Source of the DNA: an uncultured cyanobacterium
Lineage (GTDB): Bacteria; Cyanobacteriota; Cyanobacteriia; Cyanobacteriales; CAWUOF01
Direction of reading: 5' to 3'
Length of the DNA: 64,000 nucleotides
Assembly: GCA_963744145.1 (NCBI GenBank)
Contig: CAVUSO010000001.1
Coordinates: 6,528,001-6,592,000, forward strand
The notes under the pieces are model-generated. The model did not search any database and was not told where the DNA came from. It worked only from the letters and a program-made list of their open reading frames with translations. This document shows positions 11,220-20,503 of the stretch, piece by piece (the first letter of the stretch is position 1; every line of letters starts with the position of its first letter). The translations under genes and the position numbers were made by a program.

Positions 11220-11963
11220 ATGACGATTGCTAAAGAAATAGAATCTTCCCAAAATACCTGCCCAAATGTTATCTTTCCTTCAGGTGATTTATATAGCGAC
11301 GAGCCTCCCTTGGAAAGCGAACTACATCTGCGACAAATAATTCTCCTGTTACAATGCCTAGAATGGTTATGGCAAGACCGAACTGATTTTTATGCCGCAG
11401 GAAACCTGACCATTTACTATAGTCGCTATCAACGCAAAAGCGAGGATAGTCGAGGACCAGATTTTTTTGTAGTATTGGATACGGAACGGAAAATCCGGAA
11501 AAGTTGGGTATTATGGGAAGAAGAGGGCAAATATCCCAACTTCATTGTTGAAATTCTGTCGGAATCAACAGCACAGAAGGACAAGAAAGAAAAGAAAAAA
11601 ATTTATCAAAATGTATTTCGGACACCAGATTATTTTTGGTTTGATCCTTACACCCTAGAATTGGCTGGGTTTCATTTACTGGATAATAAATATCAACCTC
11701 TAGAACCAAATCCAGCCGGACATCTGTGGAGTCAGCAATTAGGTTTATATTTAGGAATTCATCAAAGACAATTAAGATTTTTTACCGACCTGGGGAAATT
11801 AGTCCCGACACCAGCAGAAATTGCCCAACAGGAAGCTCAACGGGCCGAACAGGCAGCTCAACAGGCCGAACAGGCAGCTCAACGGGCCGAACAGGAAACT
11901 CAACGGGCCGATCGTTTAGCGGCTAAACTACGACAATTAAATATCGATCCAGATCAGATTTGA
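11220..11963 (+). CDS. Uma2-family endonuclease, copy 2
   Basis: Near-identical to copy 1; four C-terminal heptad repeats. Confidence 0.9.
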   Translation: MTIAKEIESSQNTCPNVIFPSGDLYSDEPPLESELHLRQIILLLQCLEWLWQDRTDFYAAGNLTIYYSRYQRKSEDSRGPDFFVVLDTERKIRKSWVLWEEEGKYPNFIVEILSESTAQKDKKEKKKIYQNVFRTPDYFWFDPYTLELAGFHLLDNKYQPLEPNPAGHLWSQQLGLYLGIHQRQLRFFTDLGKLVPTPAEIAQQEAQRAEQAAQQAEQAAQRAEQETQRADRLAAKLRQLNIDPDQI

Positions 11964-12147
11964 GCAAAAGCTCCTTTGAGGAGAGGGGTTGGGCTCGATA
12001 TGTTCTGCTAGCATGAAACAGCCATGCTGCTTTTTAAGGGGGATACGAGGGGGATCTAGCTCTGTGCAACTTTACATTAAATTGGTATAAGCTGAATGAG
12101 ATTAGCTGGGACGATTACCATAAACTAATAAATACAATATCTTAACT

Positions 12148-12828
12148 ATGACAATTGCTAAAGAAATAGAATCTTCCCAAAATCCCTGCCCAAATGTTAT
12201 CTTTCCCCCAGGTGATTTATATAGCGACGAGCCTCCCTTGGAAAGCGAACTACATCTGCGACAAGTAATTCTACTGTTACAATGCTTAGAATGGTTATGG
12301 CAAGACCGAACTGATTTTTATGCCGCAGGAAACCTGACTATTTACTATAGTCGCTACCAACGCAAAAGCGAGGATAGTCGAGGACCAGATTTTTTTGTGG
12401 TATTGGATACGGAACGGAAAATCCGGAAAAGTTGGGTATTATGGGAAGAAGAGGGTAAATATCCCAACTTCATTGTCGAAATTCTGTCGGAATCAACAGC
12501 ACAGAAGGACAAGAAAGAAAAGAAAAAAATTTATCAAAATGTATTTCGGACACCAGATTATTTTTGGTTTGACCCTTACACCCTAGAATTGGCTGGGTTT
12601 CATTTACTGGATAATAAATATGAACCTCTAGAACCAAATCCAGCCGGACATCTGTGGAGTCAGCAATTAGGTTTATATTTAGGAATTCATCAAAGACAAT
12701 TAAGATTTTTTACCGACCTGGGTAAATTAGTCCCGACACCAGCAGAAACTGCCGAACAGGAAACCCAACGGGCCGATCGTTTAGCGGCTAAACTACGACA
12801 ATTAAATATCGATCCAGATCAGATTTGA
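12148..12828 (+). CDS. Uma2-family endonuclease, copy 3
   Basis: Near-identical to copies 1 and 2; one heptad. Confidence 0.9.
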   Translation: MTIAKEIESSQNPCPNVIFPPGDLYSDEPPLESELHLRQVILLLQCLEWLWQDRTDFYAAGNLTIYYSRYQRKSEDSRGPDFFVVLDTERKIRKSWVLWEEEGKYPNFIVEILSESTAQKDKKEKKKIYQNVFRTPDYFWFDPYTLELAGFHLLDNKYEPLEPNPAGHLWSQQLGLYLGIHQRQLRFFTDLGKLVPTPAETAEQETQRADRLAAKLRQLNIDPDQI

Positions 12829-12871
12829 GCAAAAGCTCCTTTTCTTCTTAGCAATTTAAACCTATTAAAAT

Positions 12872-13912
12872 ATGAGAAGGGAAAAAAAAGTGATTCGGAA
12901 AGAGCCTTGGTTATCAGCTTCACTAGCATTAGCTTGTCCTGGAGCTGGCCATATTTATGCGGGAAAAATGTTAAGAGGATTAGTATTAAACTCATCGATT
13001 GTTATTTTAGCTAGTCTAGGTTTATGGTATATTATTAATTCAATCCATGGTTTTGTAACGGGCATGGAAATATTAATGCTTTCTGCGATATTATTCATGT
13101 TCAATATTTATGATGCTCATCGTTATGTGATGGATGGCAATAATAGAAGGTTTGAAGTATTAAGAAAAAGTAATAAAGACCCTTGGTTGGCTGTATTTCT
13201 TTCATTAATTATCCCTGGGCTTGGTCATGCTTATCAGAAAAAATGGTTATTTGCACTTGGTTTTTTTCTGGTTAATCTGGCTGCTGGATTAATTAATAAT
13301 TTGGCATTTTATCTAATCTTAAAGCTAGTAATTACCTATATCTGCTGTTACCATGTTTATATTTATGCACCAGTTAGACGAGAAAAAAATAACCACTTAA
13401 TCTTCAATAAATCTATCGCATTTATGACCATCTCAATTATTTTAGGATGGGGATTAATATTGACAATTATGCAATTCAATTATATTGGTAGCAATGAGAT
13501 GATGCCAACTTTACAGCCAGACGATCGCATAGTAGTTAACAAGATGGATTATTTATTTAACCATCCTGAACGAGGTGATATTATTGTATTTGAACCAACC
13601 CCCAAGCTGAGGTCGATGAACTTGCATGATCTATTGGTCAAAAGAATAATTGGTTTACCAGGAGAAAAAGTTGAAATCAAAAATCGACAGGTTTATATTG
13701 ATGATCAACCATTACCAGAAGATTATATATTAGAACCACCCAATTATGATTATGGTCCACATATAGTGCCCCAGGATTTCTATTTGGTTCTCGGTGATAG
13801 TCGTAATCATTCCTTTGATAGTCATAACTGGGGGTTTCTAGCGAGAGAATATATTATTGGTAAGGTGACAAAAATATATTTGCCTTGGGCAAGAAATAAA
13901 ATTCTCAAATAA
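12872..13912 (+). CDS. Signal peptidase I-like protein with N-terminal TM repeat domain
   Basis: M.PTL, RGDIIVF, VKRIIGLPG and GDSRNHSFDS boxes; repeated PWLA...PG.GH.Y. Confidence 0.88.
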   Translation: MRREKKVIRKEPWLSASLALACPGAGHIYAGKMLRGLVLNSSIVILASLGLWYIINSIHGFVTGMEILMLSAILFMFNIYDAHRYVMDGNNRRFEVLRKSNKDPWLAVFLSLIIPGLGHAYQKKWLFALGFFLVNLAAGLINNLAFYLILKLVITYICCYHVYIYAPVRREKNNHLIFNKSIAFMTISIILGWGLILTIMQFNYIGSNEMMPTLQPDDRIVVNKMDYLFNHPERGDIIVFEPTPKLRSMNLHDLLVKRIIGLPGEKVEIKNRQVYIDDQPLPEDYILEPPNYDYGPHIVPQDFYLVLGDSRNHSFDSHNWGFLAREYIIGKVTKIYLPWARNKILK

Positions 13913-13960
13913 TATTTTTAGTCCCGATCGCCGACAAACACCTTCCCAAAAGTTTCCTGA

Positions 13961-14395
13961 TTAAAATCCTTCAACATAATGTTTTAATTCCCGCGCCATC
14001 CGTTCCATCGCACGCTGCTCATCGAGCCGAATGAAAGGCAAAAATATTCCTGATAACCATCCAGAAAATTTAGCTTGGTGCATATATTTAGTGCGTCCCA
14101 CACCAATTTCTTGTAATTCAAAAATATACTCAGTCCGAAAACCAGTTGTGGTAGAAACCCAGGATAAACAAGTATTCAGTTGGAGCAAAGTTACCAAAGC
14201 ACCAAACTCCGTTTCCTCCTCACGTCGAATCCGTCGGAGAGATAAAATCACCTCTCGTCCGAGTTGAAAAGGACGAGCTGGGTCACTGTCAAATAAAAAA
14301 GTATTCCATTTTAACCATTCCTCTTTGTGAAATAAAGCGTGCCAAACTTGCTTTTTGGGGGCATTTATCACCGTTTCCGTATAAATACTTGGCAT
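13961..14395 (-). CDS. SRPBCC/polyketide cyclase-like protein
   Basis: I.AP..QVW..L...W..WN pattern. Confidence 0.8.
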   Translation of the reverse strand: MPSIYTETVINAPKKQVWHALFHKEEWLKWNTFLFDSDPARPFQLGREVILSLRRIRREEETEFGALVTLLQLNTCLSWVSTTTGFRTEYIFELQEIGVGRTKYMHQAKFSGWLSGIFLPFIRLDEQRAMERMARELKHYVEGF

Positions 14396-14555
14396 AACGA
14401 TCGCTTGACCTTCCTTGCTAGGGTATTTTTAAGGAAAATATCCAGATGGAAATCTAAAAATTTAAAATTTAAAATCGCAGATTTTCCGGACATGGGCATC
14501 TAAAATCTAAAAGCTGGAATATCTCAACTGCCATTTTCACGAAAACAGCAATAGT

Positions 14556-15947
14556 ATGACTGATTTAACTCCTAATCCTAGTTTTAGTTTAGCAATTCGG
14601 TTACAACTTCCTAATCGAGCAGGAATGTTAGCCAGTGTGACCCAAGCGATCGCCGAGCAAGGCGGAAATTTAGGCCACATTGACTTAATTGAACAAAACC
14701 GCCATACTTCAATTCGCGAAATCACGGTTGATGCGGCTAGTATTGAGCAAGATGAACGAATCGTACAAGCGCTCAAAGCACTGCCAGAAATTCAGATCCT
14801 GGAGGTTTCTGATCGAACATTTGACTTACACAAAGGTGGCAAAATTAGTATTCACAGCAAAGTTCCCTTGAAAACCCAAGCCGAACTGGCCATGGCCTAT
14901 ACTCCTGGAGTCGGTCGGATTTCTTTAGCGATCGCCCATGATCCTGAAGAAGTTTACAATCTCACGATCAAAAGTAATACTGTTGCGATCGTCACTGATG
15001 GTAGTGCGGTGTTGGGGTTAGGTAATTTAGGTAGTAGTAGTGCTTTACCAGTAATGGAAGGTAAAGCCATGTTGTTCAGAGAATTTGCTAATATCAATGC
15101 CTTTCCGATCTGTTTAGATACTCAAGATACGGAAGAAATTATTCGCACTGTCAAAAATATTGCCCCTGTGTTTGGGGGGATTAACCTGGAAGATATTAGT
15201 GCCCCCCGGTGTTTTGAAATTGATACTAGGTTACGACGAGAATTAGATATTCCTGTATTTCACGATGATCAACATGGCACCGCGATCGTGAGTTTAGCCG
15301 CTTTAATTAATGCTTTGAAGCTAGTTAAAAAATCCATGGCAGAAGTGCGAATTGTCATTAATGGGGCGGGAGCTGCTGGGATTGCGATCGCCCGATTACT
15401 GCGTAAAGCTGGTGCATCCTCGATTTGGATCTGTGATTCCAAAGGAATTTTATCTACCAGTCGCACCAATCTAACTCCCGAAAAACAGGAATTTGCCGTG
15501 GCAGCTAGTGGGACTTTAGCCGATGCTTTAATCGATGCAGATATTTTTCTAGGTGTGAGTGTAGCTGGAGTTCTTTCCCCAGAAATGGTGCGATCGATGG
15601 CTAAAGATCCGATCGTTTTTGCGATGGCTAATCCCATTCCCGAGATTCAACCGGAATTAATCATTCATGATGTGGCGATTATGGCTACAGGTCGCAGTGA
15701 TTACTCCAATCAAATCAATAACGTCTTAGCTTTCCCAGGTTTATTTCGTGGTGCTTTAGATTGTCGAGCTGCTAGCATTACTACTAATATGTATTTACAA
15801 GCAGCAGCAGCGATCGCTGCTTTAGTCAGCGAGGATGAGCTTAACCAAGAACATATTATCCCCTCGGTTTTTGATCCGCGAGTGGTTAACGCTGTTGCTA
15901 CTGCGGTGCAAAATGCTGCTCGTGAAGATGGAGTAGCTCGGAATTAA
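14556..15947 (+). CDS. NAD(P)-dependent malic enzyme with N-terminal ACT domain
   Basis: YTPGV, VMEGK, FHDDQHGTA and GAGAAG motifs. Confidence 0.95.
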   Translation: MTDLTPNPSFSLAIRLQLPNRAGMLASVTQAIAEQGGNLGHIDLIEQNRHTSIREITVDAASIEQDERIVQALKALPEIQILEVSDRTFDLHKGGKISIHSKVPLKTQAELAMAYTPGVGRISLAIAHDPEEVYNLTIKSNTVAIVTDGSAVLGLGNLGSSSALPVMEGKAMLFREFANINAFPICLDTQDTEEIIRTVKNIAPVFGGINLEDISAPRCFEIDTRLRRELDIPVFHDDQHGTAIVSLAALINALKLVKKSMAEVRIVINGAGAAGIAIARLLRKAGASSIWICDSKGILSTSRTNLTPEKQEFAVAASGTLADALIDADIFLGVSVAGVLSPEMVRSMAKDPIVFAMANPIPEIQPELIIHDVAIMATGRSDYSNQINNVLAFPGLFRGALDCRAASITTNMYLQAAAAIAALVSEDELNQEHIIPSVFDPRVVNAVATAVQNAAREDGVARN

Positions 15948-15962
15948 TTTTCTCACCAGAAA

Positions 15963-16019
15963 AATCTGGTTCGTGGTTCATCTGCACTTGAGCGAAGTCA
16001 TGAACCACCAACCAGGATT
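15963..16019. terminator. Hairpin between convergent genes
   Basis: CTGGTTCGTGGTTCAT...ATGAACCACCAACCAG. Confidence 0.55.
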
Positions 16020-16030
16020 AATTTAATCAC

Positions 16031-16927
16031 CTAATGTTTTTTTGCTTGCAAATCTAAATCCTTACGAACACCAATCGAAGCGATTCCAGTAACGGGTAAA
16101 TTAAATTGTCTTTGAAATTGGCGCACCGCAGATTCAGTGGCTGCATCATACTGACCATTATATATTAGTGGTGGATTGGGCTTAACCACATTATTCAAAT
16201 TGTCATGCAGAGTTCGCATGACCCGAAACGCCATTTTCTGAGTGTCAGCACCAGCAATTCCATCAATCGTCAGTTCATACTCACGCTGAAAGTCTCGGAT
16301 TGCTTGTTGGCTCAGGGGATCACTTAAACTATTGCTTCTCAAATCCACATTATATCCCAGACCATATAAAACCGTGAGAAACTGGGTAACATTATAATTT
16401 CCTGGTGTAATCACTGGTGTGGGATTTGGAGGTTGGGGTTGGGGCTGAGGTGTTTGACCAATTATTTCTTTAGCCCTTTTATCCACTTCTTGACGTACAG
16501 CTAGGGTCGCAATCCCAGTTACAGGTAAATTGTATCTTTGCTGAAATTGTCTCACCGCTAATTCAGTTTGTGGGCCAAAATATTGCGATCGGGGTAAGGG
16601 GGGGTTAGGTTTCAACAACAGATTTAAACTTGCTTGTAGATTTGTGACTAGATTTGCTGCTAAATCTTGAGTAGCCACGTTAGCTGACCCATCAACTGGT
16701 AATCCATATTGTTTTTGAAATTCCCGAATTGCTTGCACACTAACATCATCTGTTAAAGTATCACCTAAAGAGATGTTATATCCCAAACCATTTAAAACCG
16801 AACGAAACTCTACTGGGGTATAATCTCTAGCCCGTTTAGCCCAGGCTGGTTGGTAACTAACTAGACCGACAGTGGCACCCAATACTAAAGTTGTGCCGAT
16901 GATTTGCCAATTATGACCCATTACCAC
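16031..16927 (-). CDS. Secreted peptidoglycan-binding domain protein (internally duplicated)
   Basis: Signal peptide; four A(I/V)R.FQ..Y/F.L.(V/I)(D/T)G repeats; Pro-rich linker. Confidence 0.88.
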   Translation of the reverse strand: MVMGHNWQIIGTTLVLGATVGLVSYQPAWAKRARDYTPVEFRSVLNGLGYNISLGDTLTDDVSVQAIREFQKQYGLPVDGSANVATQDLAANLVTNLQASLNLLLKPNPPLPRSQYFGPQTELAVRQFQQRYNLPVTGIATLAVRQEVDKRAKEIIGQTPQPQPQPPNPTPVITPGNYNVTQFLTVLYGLGYNVDLRSNSLSDPLSQQAIRDFQREYELTIDGIAGADTQKMAFRVMRTLHDNLNNVVKPNPPLIYNGQYDAATESAVRQFQRQFNLPVTGIASIGVRKDLDLQAKKH

Positions 16928-17034
16928 ATCCTACCTTGATAATTACACAATAAAGCTAGTAATCCGAATCAACTGCCAATTTAATTTAAGCTGGATTCGA
17001 CTAGTTTGCCATTTTGATATTTACACATAAAATT

Positions 17035-18503
17035 ATGTCATCTCAAAAACAGTTGCTCCGGAAAACATCGATTCGCGCTCTTTTATTTGAACGCTTATTG
17101 GCGTTTTAATTGCTTTAGCTAATTTGGGACTGGTCTTGTTTGATCTCAGTTATATCCCTTGGCGTAATGTTTATTTACGCTATCTGCCCACCCTCACCAA
17201 ATTATATGATCCTTATAAGGGGATTGAACCCCATCGAGATACGGAAAAATATCTAAATACAGTTGATACCCTCGAAACCCAGATTAAACAAACAGGGATT
17301 AATTCGGCTGAAGTTGAAAATTTGTTAAAACAATTGCGCGACCAAAGCGCACAAATGATTGATAATAATCCTTTTCAGTTGGCAAATAAAAGCGGTACTT
17401 TGGAAAAGATTAAAAATCTGATGCGATCGCATATTTTTCGTCAGCGCAATGTTTCCGCTAAAGAATCTTTCCGCATTTTTTGGAGCGCCCAGCATCTGGC
17501 TGAACCTAATACGGATAAAGAATTAGGTTTTTTTGATCAGAAAATTCGCTTTTTGATTGCTACTAACTATTACCGTCACTTCTCAGAAAATGGACAGTTT
17601 ATTAATATTTTTTGGCAAATAGATATTTGGTTTAATTGTCTATTTTTAGCAGAATTTTTACTGCGTACTTGGGTGATTAGTCGTCGCTATAAAAATTTAA
17701 AATGGCGCGGAGCTATGCTCGGACGTAGTTATGATATATTATTAGTTATCCCCTTTTCTCTGTTGGGCTTTAATCAGTTCGCTCTCTGTCGAATTATTAC
17801 TGTAATTGTGCGTCTTCACCAAGCTGAACTTCCCGATCTTGAACCATTACGAGCTGAAATTAGCAAATATTTGGTGTCCGTTTTAGCAACAGAAATTACG
17901 GAAGTGGTCGTGGTCAATGTGATTAATCAAACTCAAGAATCGATTAAAAGCGGTGACCTAATCAAAATGTTATTTAAAAGTAGTAACAATCATCATGTAA
18001 ACTTAAATAATGTTAATGAAATTGAAGCGATCGCTAATTATTTAGTCCAGCTAATTGTTTACGATGTTATGCCCACAATTCAACCTGATCTAGAAGCTCT
18101 GCTCCATCATAATATTAACAACTTATTTAACCAATCTCCTGTGACTAAAGGAATCCAAAATATTCCCGGGTTTAACAATTTATCCTCTGAATTAGCTCAA
18201 CAGCTAGCTACTGAAATCACCAAAGCACTTACAGTTGGACCTCAAGATTTCTACCAGAATTTTATCAATATTCCTAAAGATACAGTCGGAGAAGAACTGA
18301 CTAATCGATTGTTTCAACATCTTAGTCAATCTTTAGCAGTTGAATTGCAAAAGAAACATACTGTCAAGAAAATTGAAACTTTAATTTTAGATATTTTAGA
18401 GGAAGTTAAAGTTAGCTATGTTAAATTTTCAATTGAGGAAAAAAATGAACAAGCTAAAGCTGAGGATAACCTTTTACAAAAGATTACTTCTGCAAATAAT
18501 TAA
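17035..18503 (+). pseudogene. Conserved cyanobacterial membrane protein, frameshifted near 5' end
   Basis: ATG 17035 frame (..LFERLLAF*) is out of frame with LIALANLGLVLFDLSY..; shift at T-run 17104-17107. Confidence 0.6.
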
Positions 18504-18537
18504 CGAAGTTGTTCAGTTATTAAGTAATGATTTCATG

Positions 18538-18735
18538 CTAGCTAACTGCTAAATCTCCCCATACTAAATATTGCTCCAAGGGAATTTTAGTTTTAAAAAT
18601 TTCAATTAAATTACTGGGAATAAATTCTACTTTCCCATTTGCAAAAACTAAGTAAATACTATCCCCACTTAAAACTATGATCGGATTAGCTTGATGTTTG
18701 ATCGCTTCTTCAGAAAAACTAGGTAGCTTAAACAT
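18538..18735 (-). CDS. Small hypothetical protein or gene fragment
   Basis: 65-aa ATG ORF; no recognised motif. Confidence 0.3.
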   Translation of the reverse strand: MFKLPSFSEEAIKHQANPIIVLSGDSIYLVFANGKVEFIPSNLIEIFKTKIPLEQYLVWGDLAVS

Positions 18736-18919
18736 ATTTTTGGTGAAAAGATGAATTGATTACCTGCAACAAACTTTCTATCTATGATTATTTCTTAATC
18801 ACTGAATGGGATTAGTGATCTATCTTAACATTTTTTGTGATCATATCGGTAATTTTACGTGATTATGATCACTGAATAGCAAACATAAATGTAATAGATG
18901 TAAATTTAGGATTGTCAAT

Positions 18920-20503
18920 TCAGCCTAAGGGTAGTCGCACCATAAAAATTGTCCAATTTTGATTGCTGGTGACTTGAATTGTACCTTGAAGATATTCCAC
19001 CATTGTTTTGACGAGAGCTAGTCCTAATCCACTACCACCTTGTTTCCAAAAATCATTTTTAGAAATCCGGTAAAACGGTTCAAAGATCCGAGAGATTTCT
19101 GCTGAGGAAATTTCCACACCAGAGTTACTAATAATAATCGCAATTTGGGATTTGATATTTTCTGCTTCATCGACTGGATCAACTCTTACCTCTATAGTAA
19201 TTTTTTCCCCAATTGGTGTATATTTACAAGCATTATTAAGTAATTCTAAAACAATTCGAGACAGGCTAATTCGATCGGAAACAAAGGAAGTTAAATTTGG
19301 TGAAACAGTTATTTGTAAAGTTTGTTGCTGAGTAGTGAGCTTTGTTTGAAAATTTTCAGTGATATGAGATAGCCACTCCTCAATCTGAATCGTGGTCAAA
19401 TCTAAAGGATAGGCACCTGATTCCAGGGCTCGCAGATCTAGCAAGTCATTCACCAGATTGATTTCCTCATCACACTGATCCTGTATAATTGAGAGATATT
19501 TAGTAATAACCTCAGCTTGAGCAAGCCCCTCAGTTGTCAAAATTCCCTCCTGATTTAAAAAGGTTTCCAACAGACAAATTATCAGTTTAATATTAGATAG
19601 AGGAGTTCGTAGTTCATGGGATATAGTTGCCAAAAAATCATCTTTTAATTGAGTTATTCTTCGTTGTTCTAATAGTCTACTTTCAGTTTGTTGGATCAGT
19701 TCATTAGCGCGATCGCGTTCTTCCATCAGTCGTCGCTGAGTGTCATCTCGAAACACCAGGACTGCTCCTATGATCAATCTGTCATTATCTCTGAGCAAAG
19801 CCACACTATCAGCGATCGGTAGTTCAGTTCCATCCTTACGCACTAAAAGAACATGGCTCACTAAATAAATCGTTTTTTCTGTTTGCAAAGCTAAAATGAG
19901 CGGGTGAATAATCGGACAATGATTATGTTCATCCAAAAAGATAAAAACATTAGCAATATTTTCCTCTTGGACTTCATTCAGCGTCCAACCAGTGAGAGCT
20001 TCTGCTGCTGAATTAAGATACTTGATATGTAATTGAGGATCAACAACAATAACACCATCTCCCATTTCCTGCAAAACGGTCGAGAAGAATTGCTCACGCT
20101 CATAACGATTGAGCGCTGTTTCGATCGCTACATAGAGTTCTTTTTCGCGGATTGGTTTGAGGATATAGCCAAAGGGAAAGGTCAACTTTGCGCGTTCAAT
20201 CGTGCTTTGATCTGAATGTCCAGTGACATAGATAACAGGAATTTCTAACTGTTGCCAAATTTGTCTAGCTGCTTGAATACCGTCGATCTCACCGCGAATA
20301 CGGATATCCATCAAAATGATACTAGGACGCAGCTTGTTTGCGGTTTCAATCGCAGTTTCACCAGAGTCAATAATCCCTAAAACTATATAACCAAAAGATT
20401 CTAAAGTTTCCTTCAGATTTCTTGCTAGAATATATTCATCTTCAACAATCAACACTCTTACCATTCTGATCATTTTTAAACCAGGCAAAATTTTGGCTGT
20501 CAT
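18920..20503 (-). CDS. Hybrid REC-PAS-histidine kinase
   Basis: LIVEDE/LMDI receiver, SHELRTPL H-box, GSGLGL G-box. Confidence 0.95.
   Translation of the reverse strand: MTAKILPGLKMIRMVRVLIVEDEYILARNLKETLESFGYIVLGIIDSGETAIETANKLRPSIILMDIRIRGEIDGIQAARQIWQQLEIPVIYVTGHSDQSTIERAKLTFPFGYILKPIREKELYVAIETALNRYEREQFFSTVLQEMGDGVIVVDPQLHIKYLNSAAEALTGWTLNEVQEENIANVFIFLDEHNHCPIIHPLILALQTEKTIYLVSHVLLVRKDGTELPIADSVALLRDNDRLIIGAVLVFRDDTQRRLMEERDRANELIQQTESRLLEQRRITQLKDDFLATISHELRTPLSNIKLIICLLETFLNQEGILTTEGLAQAEVITKYLSIIQDQCDEEINLVNDLLDLRALESGAYPLDLTTIQIEEWLSHITENFQTKLTTQQQTLQITVSPNLTSFVSDRISLSRIVLELLNNACKYTPIGEKITIEVRVDPVDEAENIKSQIAIIISNSGVEISSAEISRIFEPFYRISKNDFWKQGGSGLGLALVKTMVEYLQGTIQVTSNQNWTIFMVRLPLG

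Larger units (their letters stand above)
10048..12928. repeat. Tandem triplication of a unit of about 1 kb
   Basis: TTCACTAGCA at 10048, 11029 and 12919; shared upstream and downstream flanks. Confidence 0.9.

Noticed and set aside
11823..11910. 21-bp repeats as a CRISPR array
   Set aside because: Contiguous in-frame coding repeats with no spacers and no cas genes
14451..14512. AAAATCT/AAAATTT heptamer runs
   Set aside because: Ordinary short tandem repeats typical of cyanobacterial intergenic DNA
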